NCBI GenBank assembly: GCA_048013815.1
Contig: CM106586.1
Coordinates: forward strand, 15,934,001 to 15,998,000
DNA length: 64,000 nucleotides
Reading direction: 5' to 3'
Source of the DNA: Setoptus koraiensis
Lineage: Eukaryota; Animalia; Arthropoda
The position numbers and the translations under genes are program-made. The notes beneath the pieces are model-generated. The model searched no databases. It was given only the letters and a program-made list of their open reading frames with translations, and was not told the DNA's origin. How positions within the stretch are numbered: the stretch's first letter is position 1; each line of letters begins with the position of its first letter. Below, piece after piece: positions 25,807-39,200 of the stretch.

Positions 25807-26922
25807 ATGTCGTCCCTTTTGTTTCAAGGAAGTAATTGCTTGAGGCAGCGCATTCTATTATCTATACTAACTGGAAAGCCCATAATCATCGATGCAATAA
25901 GAAACGAAGATCTTACTGATAGTCCCGGGCAAATTATTGGACTGTTAGACTATGAGCGTAATTTGTTAGAACTGTGCGAAAAGATAACCCATTCCACCAT
26001 AGTCTCTATTAACAAGACAGGCACTAAATTGACCTTCAAGCCGGGCACCTTGATAGGTGGCGAAATAAAGCATGATTGCGATGTTTCTAGGAGCATTTCA
26101 TATTATTTAGAATTGTTGCTTGCATTAGGACCATTCTGTAAGAAGCAACTAGTAGCCACATTGAACGGGGTTACAAATGACCAAACGGATCCCAACGTGG
26201 ACGCTCTCAAGTTATCTTCGTTGCCCATATTAAAAAGATTTATTGGCGATCATGAGGGACAAAAGCTCGATATCAAAGTCCAGGCAAGAGGATTCAAGCC
26301 GGAGGGCGGTGGTCAGATATTGTTCACCTGTCCAATAGCTCGCCAATTGATACCTGTACAGCTGACTAATCCTGGCAAGATAAAAAGAATCAGAGGTGTA
26401 GCAGTAGCCACGAGAGTATCTCCACAGATGGCCAACCGAATGATAGACGTCGCCAAGGGCCTGTTACTACAATATCTACCAGATGTATATATATACTCGG
26501 ACCACCACAAAGGCAAATCAAGTGGAAATTCTCCAGGTTTCGCCATCTCCTTGGTTGCGGAAACTGTGGATGGATGTTATTACACTAGCGATGCTGTCTC
26601 CAACCCAAAAGGATCCCCTGTTGGGCCTTCACTTCCAGAAGACGTCGCCAAAGAGGCTACATATAGACTATTTGAGGAAATCTATCGAGGCGGCTGCATT
26701 GATTCTTGCAATCAAAGTTTGGCTCTTACTATGATGGCCTTCAACCAGAAAGATGTTTCCAAAATGATGTTTGGACCCCTGTCTATGTACTCCGTTCACT
26801 ATCTCAGGCACTTGAAGGAGTTTTGTGGACTCACCTTCATATTGGACAGTAACGATGCTCCAAAGGTCATTGCAACTTGCATCGGAATTGGTTACAGTAA
26901 TTTCAGTAGACCTACATACTAA
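25807..26922 (+). CDS. RCL1: RNA 3'-terminal phosphate cyclase-like protein, intronless
   Basis: Motifs FQGSNCLRQRILLSILTGKP, RSISYYLE, LNGVTND, RGFKPEGGG, KIKRIRG and GGCIDS; ATG at 25807. Confidence 0.95.
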   Translation: MSSLLFQGSNCLRQRILLSILTGKPIIIDAIRNEDLTDSPGQIIGLLDYERNLLELCEKITHSTIVSINKTGTKLTFKPGTLIGGEIKHDCDVSRSISYYLELLLALGPFCKKQLVATLNGVTNDQTDPNVDALKLSSLPILKRFIGDHEGQKLDIKVQARGFKPEGGGQILFTCPIARQLIPVQLTNPGKIKRIRGVAVATRVSPQMANRMIDVAKGLLLQYLPDVYIYSDHHKGKSSGNSPGFAISLVAETVDGCYYTSDAVSNPKGSPVGPSLPEDVAKEATYRLFEEIYRGGCIDSCNQSLALTMMAFNQKDVSKMMFGPLSMYSVHYLRHLKEFCGLTFILDSNDAPKVIATCIGIGYSNFSRPTY

Positions 26923-27002
26923 TTTTTGAGTGTGTTTAATAAAATACATCGATATACTGATTTGTTTCGTACATAAGAGTCTTTCACTCTCGCCAGTTGG
27001 GT

Positions 27003-28139
27003 CTAATCACTTTCACTTTCCTCATCGTCTATAATCTTATCGATGTCACCATCTGAATCATCATCATCGAAATTATTCGCTTTGAGCTTCTTACAAATCG
27101 GTTCTTCCTGCCTGTTGGGCGGTGAATGACCGTGTGATTCGGGATCGTAACTCGTCGTCGCTTGAGTAGGAAGATTGTCTGGAAGATTATCACATTGGAT
27201 GGTTACGGAATCGGAATGTTGAATACTATCTTTTTCAAGATCATCATGCCACCTTTTTAACCTAGCGGCAGTTTCTTCATCTGTCTCATGGACTTTGTAT
27301 TTAGTCTTGCCATCCCAAAATTTGGCGCTCAACTTTCTTTGAGCAAAATATCTACCATCCATCAATTCAATACATTTATTGGCTGCAGAAAAATCGTGAA
27401 ATGTCACAGTTGCCACACCTTCTGGATTTTGATCGTAAATGACAACCTTTTTTACTGGACCACAAAGTTTCTCACACTCCTCTTGTAAGTCGTCGCGATA
27501 TTCTAAAATAAGAGCGGGATCTCCAGAAAAATCACTAACCGAAAACATGTTAGATATAACAACGGTGAGATTGCTCTTTATCTCGTCGGGTAGTTTACTT
27601 GGTTTCCAAGCCAGCAAATTATCCAGCTTCTTCTTTTGTTTTTCTTTCAACTTTTTGTTTAATTTCTTCGGCTTTTTGCTGGGATCATATTGTCCTTTTA
27701 ATTGAAATTTTGCCTTCTCAACATGAATGGTGTGCTTTTCATCGTAAGGGTAACCGTCGAGAATATCCAATGCCAGATCAACTGACTCCACTCTGGCATA
27801 ACAACAGAGAGCATCTCCCTTGAAATTACCCTCTTTATCTCGATACATTTTTATATTGTAAATGTTGGTTGCCAACCCCTTTTCTTGTTCCTTAACGCTA
27901 ATTTTACTTTGATCGCGAAACTTGATGACTCCGCATTTTTTCATCAGATTCACAAAGTCCTCGCCTCCCATAGATAGAGGCAATCCCGTTACATACACAT
28001 AACTATTGTGATCCTCATCCATATCGAACCACCCCTCCGGTTTCGCCTCTGAATCGGCCACTCTAGTCTCTGTCGGTGGATCCCCGGTATCTGGTGCGAC
28101 ACTGACATCGTCCTGAAGTTTGGCATCTTTATCCTCCAT
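27003..28139 (-). CDS. HTATSF1: HIV Tat-specific factor 1 homolog (U2 snRNP factor, RRM plus UHM), intronless
   Basis: Motifs VYVTGLP, MKKCGVI, KMYRDKEGNFKGDALCCY, HVEKAKFQLKGQYDP and MDGRYFAQRKL. Confidence 0.92.
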   Translation of the reverse strand: MEDKDAKLQDDVSVAPDTGDPPTETRVADSEAKPEGWFDMDEDHNSYVYVTGLPLSMGGEDFVNLMKKCGVIKFRDQSKISVKEQEKGLATNIYNIKMYRDKEGNFKGDALCCYARVESVDLALDILDGYPYDEKHTIHVEKAKFQLKGQYDPSKKPKKLNKKLKEKQKKKLDNLLAWKPSKLPDEIKSNLTVVISNMFSVSDFSGDPALILEYRDDLQEECEKLCGPVKKVVIYDQNPEGVATVTFHDFSAANKCIELMDGRYFAQRKLSAKFWDGKTKYKVHETDEETAARLKRWHDDLEKDSIQHSDSVTIQCDNLPDNLPTQATTSYDPESHGHSPPNRQEEPICKKLKANNFDDDDSDGDIDKIIDDEESESD

Positions 28140-28900
28140 CGAAATGTTATAATATTTACAAAAAATAAAAGATGTAACAATCTCAACAAGAATGACTACT
28201 TGCCGTTATGCTGATTCACAGTTAGCAACCAGCTGATCCAGAGAACTGTACTGTTATGGGGTACAATAGAACCGCGCGTACCCGCAACGCACAATACCCA
28301 ACCTACCCAGAAAGTTCGAAAGAAGTTCTCAAGTCCCACGAATACGAATTTGTCGATACATTCATATCTTCCAGTATGTCCCAAATTATTAGAGATCAAC
28401 AAGTTGCAAAAAAAGTCTTAGATATAGTTCGCTGATACAGGTCAATCGGCTACATTCATAGGGTAACCACATGAGTCGCAATATTCCATCATTAGTTTAC
28501 TATCTCTACTCAAGATTAGAATCTGCAAGCACATTTGAATCATGACACCCCGAAACACCCCAGCAATTCAATTCAATCATATAAAATCCAATAGATATAT
28601 ATGTATTCTATATTTATAGTACATGAGTTTGCTTTCTTTCTAGTTGGTGGAAAAATAATGACTATGAGCGCCGATTGTGCAAATAGTATACGAATTAAAA
28701 TTTTACTATAATAACTTCATCTTCATTTTCTTTCTTTCTTTTGTTACATACCAACACAATAGTAAGAATTGATAGTAGCGATAGAATAATATTTAATATA
28801 TTACGTGTAGGCTCAATATATATAAATATATATGTACGTTGTATGATTTCATTCGATAAAGTGATGATGCCAATTCTCAAAGAAGACATTCTATCTATGT

Positions 28901-29482
28901 TCATATCACATTGCATTTAAATCTACGTCTTTTAGGCTTAGGTTGAGGACATAAAACGGCTCGGATGGCTTCGTCGAAAACATTCTTCAGACCTTTCTGT
29001 GTCAAAGCTGAACACTCTAAATATTTGACAGCTCCTATCTCTTTGGACATGGCCAATCCCTGTGGGTATGTTATTGGTGATAATTTGCGATCTTTTAGTT
29101 TATCAATAGTTTTTGTTTCATCTCTCAAGTCTAATTTAGTGCCAACTAAAATTATTGGCACATTAGGACAGTGATGACTGACTTCTGGATACCATTTGGC
29201 TCTAACATTTTCGAATGAGGCTGGACTGATCAATGAGAAGCATATTAAGAAGACATCTGTTTGTGGATAAGATAATGGCCTAAGCCTGTCGTAGTCTTCT
29301 TGGCCGGCAGTATCCCATAAGCCTAAATTTATTGGCTTGCCATCTACCATAACGTTGGCTGAATAGTTATCAAAAACAGTGGGTATGTATTCGCCAGGGA
29401 ATGCGTTAGTGGTGTAGCTAATAAGTAGACAGGTCTTACCAACGGCACCATCCCCAACAACTACACATTTGATTGACTGCAT
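28901..29482 (-). CDS. Rac1: Rac-family small GTPase, intronless
   Basis: [37 protein letters not shown], polybasic tail and CAAX (CNVI). Confidence 0.97.
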   Translation of the reverse strand: MQSIKCVVVGDGAVGKTCLLISYTTNAFPGEYIPTVFDNYSANVMVDGKPINLGLWDTAGQEDYDRLRPLSYPQTDVFLICFSLISPASFENVRAKWYPEVSHHCPNVPIILVGTKLDLRDETKTIDKLKDRKLSPITYPQGLAMSKEIGAVKYLECSALTQKGLKNVFDEAIRAVLCPQPKPKRRRFKCNVI

Positions 29483-30523
29483 GGCAGAGATTGCCTCAGG
29501 ACTGACTGATTATTGTTGTTCTTTTCTTGCTTGATTGTTGTTGTTGTTGTTTTCGTTTGAAATATTGTTATTGTTGTTGTTGCTGTGGCTTACAATGACA
29601 ATGTCTATCTAGAATGGATTTGCAGTAAAAATAATAAAAAAAAACAAGTGATGATGATCCAAAGAGCGATATCGTGGCGATTGTTGACCTCAAATGTGTA
29701 ATAAATACATGATATACTACTGTGTCTGTCGGTATATTGCTTGGGCTTATTAATAATAATAATTGTTGCGTCGACAATTGTGACGGTCAATTACATAGGA
29801 GAGTATTCCTTTCATATCAATATAACTGTATGATGTTATTTCAAGTATTTGTTTGGATATGAATGAGATGAGATGACATGGTCTAATTAGATGCTTGAAG
29901 ATAATAATGATTATTATGATAATATATAAAATAATAATAATCTATATCCATCGGTGTGTCTAAATGGGTATAAATAATAATACACAAATGTTTGCCTGAT
30001 GATAGTGTCCGTGTGTGTGTGATTGTGAAAATAATTATATACATGAATGCACTGATATAAGTAATATTCAATCTGTGACATTTTATACCATACCATCAAT
30101 AATACCAACCATTGACGCTAGAGCACTTTGTTGAGCCGCACAGAATGAAGCTCTGTGCCAGATTATTTTTCGTTATCCGCGCCACCCATACATAAAGCGC
30201 CGCAAAATGTCGTGCCGAGGGGCAGAGTACAAATACCTCGGGCAGCGACGCTAATGCGTTTGGATGGAAAAGCGGGTCGGTACCATAGGAGGAGTGGTCG
30301 TAGGGCTCGATACACGGCTACCAATAATAACCTTCAGCGCCGCGTTACACAGATGTAATATAAAATAGTATTAGTGTAACGCGACTTTGAGACATAATCG
30401 TCATTATTTCTATTTGGAGGCTCCACTCATTTATTACTCGACAGATTTTATTAAAATATCGTTATTGTTACGTCACACACTTACCGGACCACACACTTCA
30501 ACCAGCTGAGTCAATTATCAACT

Positions 30524-30835
30524 ATGGCAGACAAGGCGAAAGAGAGCAAATCCAACAATGATCCAATTGTGGCAATTCTTAAAAATGCCGTTCCCTACGA
30601 CCCGAGATTTCCCAATATGAATCAAACTAAAAATTGTCAAGTGAATTACATAGATTACTTCAGGTGTCTCAAAAAGAAGGACGAGGAATACTGCGCTTGG
30701 TACAAAAACGCTTACCAACAACTTTGTCCCCCGGACTGGTACGAGAAATGGGACGAGCAACGCCAGAAGGGTACATTCCCCTTCCCAGAATTATGTGAAC
30801 GCACCTACGAGGAATGGTTGGAAATGAATAAGTAG
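30524..30835 (+). CDS. COX6B: Cytochrome c oxidase subunit 6B
   Basis: PYDPRFPNMNQTKNC...YIDYFRC...C...LCP..W.EKWDEQRQKGTFP with four conserved Cys. Confidence 0.95.
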   Translation: MADKAKESKSNNDPIVAILKNAVPYDPRFPNMNQTKNCQVNYIDYFRCLKKKDEEYCAWYKNAYQQLCPPDWYEKWDEQRQKGTFPFPELCERTYEEWLEMNK

Positions 30836-31147
30836 ACCTTAACTGGAAAATTTCATCAAATAGAAATCTTAAGACATTGTAGCTGTTCGAAGTAACCTAA
30901 TTATTATTTAGAAGAAACAAGGAGTTCGATTGGAGAAGGCAAGCAAATGCTTCTCAGTGTTGCTATTATTGACTCTAATCTGAGTTTGTTGAATAAAAAA
31001 AAACAATCAAATTTAGCGTTTGAACCCAATTAGTACACCCTTATTTCAATCTAGACGAATGAACAATCGTTGGCAATACGCTAGTGGGTGCTATCTTTCT
31101 CAGTCTTGCATCCTCTTGAAATGTAATTACTGATTTTGAAACCAGAT

Positions 31148-32469
<1,322 letters not shown>

Positions 32470-33001
32470 TCATGCACTTTCGCTTTTCTTATACCAACGG
32501 AGTCACAAATGGTGTCTATTGAATTATAATTTTTTAGAAAGCACGTTAGTAATAAATATACCGGAAATGATGATGAGTTTTTAATGTGGTTGTCGTAATA
32601 TCGATTTCGGAAAACAAATCATATGACTGGGAAAAAATTTCGTTGGTGGTGAAACAAAATGCTCGACGAAAAAGAATGCGCGTTGAAAGGGAATACCCGA
32701 CTGGGTACTTTCACCACGCATGAGGTCTCCCAAAAGCACATCATGCACAACACAAGAGTGAGCAAGTGGAACACAAACATAAAGGGAGATCAGGGAGCGG
32801 GAGGTAGCCCCGGCTCTGACCTGTACCTTGCTACGCCCTCTCCGAGCAAAATCTAACTTTCGGCAGATCGGAAAATCTGGTCTTTCTGTAGAGTCATTGT
32901 GAATTTTTTTGTTTGTTTCTCTATGTATTATTGTGCTTTTAGAGTAGTTTTTTTTTATTATATAAAAACTATAACTACTTTAGCTTGATTAGTGGTTGTA
33001 A

Positions 33002-35059
33002 TTATATAACATTGAGTGATGATAGCAGGTTGTAGGCGAGCACAGTTGCGGCCCCGCTAGCAAAAAGCAGTACACCCTGAAGTATGGGTCCAGGCAACCA
33101 AATGTTTCGTATTTGGCCTAATTGGGTCAAAATCCAAATCTTTTTTTCTTCATACGGCGGGTACCTGTTAGATCCAATGATCTCTAGTAGTGGATTGAAG
33201 CCGCGCTCAACAACGGCCTTGCTATTTGAGAATGCCTCTAGCGAGTAGGATCCATGATATTTGCCTATTCCGCTGGCCCCTACGCCGCCGAAAGGCAGTG
33301 ACATTGAGTTCATTTGAAGGACAACATCATTGATGGCCATGGTGCCCGACGATGTTTCCTTGATAAATTTCTTGATTGTCTTAGTGTTATTTGAGAACAC
33401 ATAAAGTGCAAGAGGTTTTTCTCCTTTGTTCACGATATCAATAGCTTGTTGTGCCGAGTTAACCGTTACAAAAGGCAACAGCGGACCAAATATCTCGTCC
33501 TTCATTATGGGCTCATCTAGACTGACATCCGTCATAATGGCCGGTCCTATTTGTAGCTTGTCCGGATGCAATTGGCCCCCAACAACAAGTCTGCTGTCTT
33601 TGATGAGGCGCTTTAGGCGCTCAAAATGATGTCCATTGACGATACGAGAATAGTCGCTACTAGCAACAGCGTCACCATTATAAAACTCGTCCATAACTTT
33701 CAAGAATTCTTTTCTGGCCACATCCTGTGCCTTTTCGCTACACATTACATAATCGGGCGCTATACAAGTTTGGCCAGAATTAATGAATTTGCCCCAAAAC
33801 AATCTACGCCAAGTGGCCTGTTTGTCTAAAACGTCATCGTCTATGTAAACTGGCGATTTTCCGCCCAATTCCAGCACAACAGGTGTCAATTTTTTGCTCG
33901 CCTCTTGGTACACAGCTCGTCCACCATGTTCGCTGCCAGTATAGAATATGTGGTCAAATTTGTGTTGCTTTATCAAGTTGCTTGTGGCATGCAAATCACA
34001 GTTTATTACATAATAGCATTGATTGTCGAGATATCTGGGCACCAGCGATTCCAGCAGGCTTCCAGTGAGAGACGAATGCTCGGACACTTTCAGTATGGCA
34101 CAATTGCCCGCTGCAATGGCGCCCGCAAACGGCGACAGCGACAACAGTAGCGGATAATTCCAAGCGCCCAATATGAGGCAAACGCCGAGCGGTTCGTGTT
34201 GGACGTATACAGAGTCGAAGAAGGTCAAGAATGTCTTTGCTTTGGCCTGTGGTCTGGCAAAGTTGTCCAGATTGGCCAAGAAGTAGCGGATGTCGTTGTC
34301 GAGCAGATTCATCTCGAGCAGCGCCACCTCCGATGCGGGCTGTTTTGCGGGTTGTTATGGTAGATTACGGTGATCATGATTAGTATATCAGAGGTATTGC
34401 GTAATATCATGAGTGATATATGTATGTTTGTGTGTGTGTGTATTTGTGGGCCTCACCTTGTTCAAGTCGCCGCGCAGGGCCTCACATATGGCGTCGAAGT
34501 TCTCTGTGAGCATCAACTGCATTTGTCGCAATTGTTTCTTTCTGAAATTAACATCCTTAGTTCTGTTAGTTTCGAAGGCCTGTCTGGCCTGCTCAACGAT
34601 TTGCTGATGTTTCACTGGCTGCGGTTGATGGCCGTCGGGGCTCATAGTGTTTGCTGTTGTTGTTGTTGTTGTAGTGTTGCCAGTTTGGTTGTTGTGTTGT
34701 ACACGATGATGATTGTTGTGGTCACTCAGTAACGGTATATCCAGCGTTGTGGATTGGCCATTGTCGGTCATTGGTATAGTGGCGCTCATGTTTGGCTTGC
34801 TGTTGCTGTTGTTTTGTAGGTTGTTGTCTAACGTATTGACAGCAGCATGTTGATTGTTTGTTTGATCAACAATTAAAATGGTGTCTTTGCTGTACTGTTG
34901 ATAGTTGTTGTCGTTGTTGTTTGTATTAACTGTGTCACTGATACTGTTTGAATGCTGCTGCTGCTGCTTTCTGCTGTTCATCATCTTCAAATCAACTGTC
35001 GCCTGTTCACCTGTTGCTTGCGCAACATTGGTGGTATTGTTGTTATCAATCGATGCCAT
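33002..35059 (-). CDS. ALDH3A2: Class 3 aldehyde dehydrogenase (fatty aldehyde dehydrogenase-like, C-terminal hydrophobic anchor), 2 exons
   Basis: Exons 35059 (start uncertain, several ATGs)-34457 and 34339-33002; intron AAG|GTGAGG...AACAG|CCC (117 nt, phase 0). Motifs GAWNYP, FYTGS, LELGGKSP, GQTCIAPDY, EIFGP and PFGGVGASG. Confidence 0.9.
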
Positions 35060-35312
35060 GTTGACGCGCGCGCGCTACCTTTTGTGTCGTGACTTATGGG
35101 CCAGCAAATCGCTAGCAAACAAATATGATAGCAATAGCAGCAAGTGAAACAATTTTATTACAATGATGTAACCGAATAGTGTGGCCGCTGTCAATGGAAC
35201 GCAACACGCTTGTTATGAAACATGCTCGGAATAATGGGATGCAAAATGCGACCTTTGTTGCGGTTGTTGCTGCTGCTGTTGTTGTTGCTGTTGTTGCTGC
35301 TGTTGCTGTTGT

Positions 35313-35343
<31 letters not shown>

Positions 35344-36180
35344 CTACTGGTGGTGGTAGTTGTAGTTGCTGCGACGCTCACTGACGAGCTCACTGGATGC
35401 GCCTCTCAAATTGGAGCTCAACTTTCAACAAGCTGGCCGAAACGATGATGACGTAAGCTGATGACCATCGGTGCATGAGCACTTAGAGCTGATAAATACG
35501 AATTTCAAGTTTCGACAGGGCAGTTTTGCGATGCAACGGAGCAGTGTATTACTCGGTAGTATTATGAAACACAAATGAATATGGGATTTGCTTGTTGGAG
35601 AAATTTGTGCAAAAATTTTGTTCCTTGCCCCCTCTCTCTCAGCTGCAGTTCAACTACAGGTTGTGCTGCTGCTTGATTATGATACGATTATAATCGACTC
35701 TGCGAGCGGCTACGATGATGATATTATCCTGATTAGACTCAGTGTTCGTCGGGCTGCTCGTCGGATAATTAGATTACCTATTTCGACACACACACACACA
35801 CACGAATACGCACTGGCAGTGTCGGGTCGGGCCGAGACGACCACTTGTTGTTGTTGTTGTTGTTGTTGCTGCTGCTGCCGTAATGGAAACGCTGCTCACC
35901 GAGCTTATAACCGAACAAGGCTACCGATGCCATAATTGTTGTGATAATCGTGACAAAGCTGTACGAAGCTGCGCAAAGCTGCCAAGCTGGCCGGCCAGCC
36001 CGAGACGGGCCCTGGCCGGTTGGCGAACGCTGCCAAATGCAAGCAAACGTAAAGCAACACTCCCTCTGGCCGTCGGCTTAGTTGCGGGCTGGAGCGATGG
36101 GGTATGAGATGACATAAATGGGGGTACTCGCCTCCTGTAATGCGTTGCGATCGCAGCCAACGGAATAACAACCGTTGTAG

Positions 36181-36181
36181 C

Positions 36182-36234
<53 letters not shown>

Positions 36235-36236
36235 CC
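36181..36236. repeat. (CAA)n microsatellite
   Basis: About 18 uninterrupted CAA units. Confidence 0.95.
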
Positions 36237-39200
36237 TCATAATAGCTGCAGTTGTAGTAGTAACAACCGCGATGGTTATGCAATGTAACGTTGGCTAGAC
36301 GCTTCTCGTCGCATGCAAGGTGACGAATTGAAAACTGGCAAGCGAGCCAACGAACGCCGAGCAATAAGGAAAACTGGCCAAAGGTAATGGAAATGGAAAC
36401 TAGTTTTGCCAGCTGGTGTTTTCATTTCCTTTTGTGTGTATAGTCCGCGCAACGGTTAGATGCTCACTCAGCGGGTTGTCCTCGACCAATGGCAAGCCAG
36501 CGATGGCTTGGCAACGGCGAGCCCTATGGTGCGAGTTTGTTTTTCCGTTTCGCCGGGCTTCTCTAGGGCGCACAACAACAGCGACCACGCCAGCAACAGC
36601 AACAACAGCGACGACGACGACAACGGCGACGACGGCGACAACGGAATCTCGATGGCGAGCCGAGAAGCACCGACGAGAATCGACAAGCACCGACGAGAAC
36701 CGGCGAGAACGCAGATTATCGCTCGGCCGAGCTAGCCTGTGTTTATTTATTCGCAACGATCGCTAGCTTTATTTATAGACGTTGGCAACTCAAGGCGAAC
36801 AGAGCGTCATTGCCGCTCGAGAGGCTCGCCGTTGTAGCCACTAATAGCCGTTCAACATAGTGCTTGCCAGATAAAATTGATCGACAGCGAGCTCGCCTCC
36901 AAGTTCGAACGGAGCGAGTCAATGTCGATTACTCACGTACACGCCGCTCGCAGGCTGATGGCTCGATGGGTTTGAGCTCGATGGGTTTGAGCTTGATGGT
37001 TTGAGCTTGATGGGTTTGAGCTTGATGGGAGCAGGGCTGCTTGACGTTGGCGAAACGGCATAGCAGTCATAAATCAAAGCCTTTCCTAATGATTAGCGCC
37101 AATTAACACAGATTATGGCCGTGTTGAGACAATAATGGCGACGCCAAGACGCTTTATATACAGTTTATTTTTAGGCCCCGCAACGGCATATTCGTGGCTG
37201 TTGGTGGTTCAATAACGATTGCGTTTGTGTGTGTGCCCCGATGTCAAAAATAGCCCACACTCAACTGAATTCAGCATGTCCTTATTTGTTGACGAGGTGC
37301 CCACTTTCATCGACGCCTCGAACGGTGTATGGCCGATTCGGTCCAATTCGGTCTGCATATATAATATACAATATATAATATACAATATATAATATATGAT
37401 ATACCGGTATTTGTGTGTATCGGACAATGCATAAACCGATTCGCTTAATGCCCATTACACAGATATGCAGATTACACCTGTATGGTACATGCAGCGTATA
37501 GTTTATATGTGTGTATGTGTAATTGTTTGCGGCCCCGGGATCATTATCGCGATGTCACACGAGATGGCTTGGCGTCAACAAATCGACTTGTCAGATAAAT
37601 TGTTGTTGTGGATCAAATTCAGTTCCGTGTTGCGCTGCCACCATTAAAGCACATTAGCTAACAGCGATCAAAAACGACGATAAAGGTGTCCTGAAATAAC
37701 AGCACAACATATTTATTATTGTTGTGTCATTTGCAATTAAGCAACTGGCTCTGTCAGACGGTCTGACGGTCTGACAGAACGGCGACTGACGTACATGATT
37801 TAACACACTTGCCGCTCTATGTCAGCCGCTATCAGCATTTATTTATAAAGCCATTTATAAAGTAAACGTTCGTTGTGTCTCGGCACCGATACGTCCAAAG
37901 AAAGTATTATCGCCTTGCGACTCTCAATTTGAGACAGCCAGAGCGACAGAGAGAACTGAGAGAAAAAGAAGTTTCAAAGAAGAGAAAGAATGCGAACGAC
38001 AACCAGACTAACAGTGATGGCATGCGCTGCAATACTTATTATTATGCATCGGCATACATAATAACAAGCCGCTGTTGCGGTCATATCAATAATAGTTGGT
38101 GCACCGACTAAACTTTACCAACTAACAGCATTTGTGTGTTTGTGTGATTTACCTGTTTAGCGTATACCTACACCTGTTGAGGCGTCGCCAATCAATCATT
38201 GTGCATTGGCTGACTTTTGGCAAGCTGGCCAGCCAGCCAGCCAGCCAGACGGCGAGCTGCAGAAATGAAAAGGCGCCGGATTATTGTTGTGGATAATAGT
38301 CTGGGATTCAAGTTGATGCTGCTAACAAGTTTGTGTCTATCTCGCCAGCCGATTGTTGATTGTTGCTTGCTGCTTGCTGCCGCGAACGCAAACAAACAAA
38401 CAAATGAATAAATGGCATTGCAGTCATCGGTAAGGCACCATTCTGCCTTGCTGGAGTCGTCATTCGCAATGATCATCATTTATTATAATAGCCGATAATT
38501 GATGGATACACCATCACCAGGTAGCCGCTCATGAGCACTTGCATCAATCAATTGCTCAGTGGTGCTGATGTTGGTTATCATCATTCCGTCGTTTTCAATT
38601 CATCTGTTGTTGTCTCGCTCGCTACGACTATCTCGAGAGAAACATTTGCATTGTGCGCTGCTCGGCAGCGCGATCCAAATGTTTCTCGATAATACAGCGC
38701 TCTCGGCAACATTCGGCCCGTCTCATCTAGCAAGCCAGTGTCTAGTGTATTTGTATCTAGTGCGTTTGCATGCCAAAGAGAAAACTCGCTTGCTGTTGGC
38801 ATTATCAGAGTGTGTATAAAATAATATAAATTGGACGCTGTTCAGACGGCAAAGATTGGGCGGCCAGAGAGGCTTGTCGCGGTCGAATTGATGACGATAT
38901 TCTTTTGTGCGCCTCGGTGGCGACTGGGCAAGCTCTGTTGGCCGGCGCAACACACTGGTCGACACACTGGCTGCAAAGCGTCAGACAACGCAATCAAAAA
39001 TAAATAATTACTAGTTGAGTTGATTAATCAACTTTAAGTAAGTTAACTTTGCCCATGTGTATTATATCTCACATTCGATGCAACCTATTGAATACCTATT
39101 GCATTCATGAGTCGCATCATTATCATGGTGAGTGCAGCCAGCCACGGCAGCATAAACGAAATGACCGCATGAATTTGTTTGTTATTATTTGCAGCAAAAC

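Noticed and set aside
28256-28435. 59-aa plus-strand ORF (MGYNRTART...) between HTATSF1 and Rac1
   Set aside because: No homology, signal peptide, TATA or polyA signal; a chance ORF of this length is expected.
30497-30509. CTTCAACCAGCTG matches the 3' part of miR-133
   Set aside because: The seed end is absent, there is no hairpin, and it lies in the COX6B leader; coincidence.
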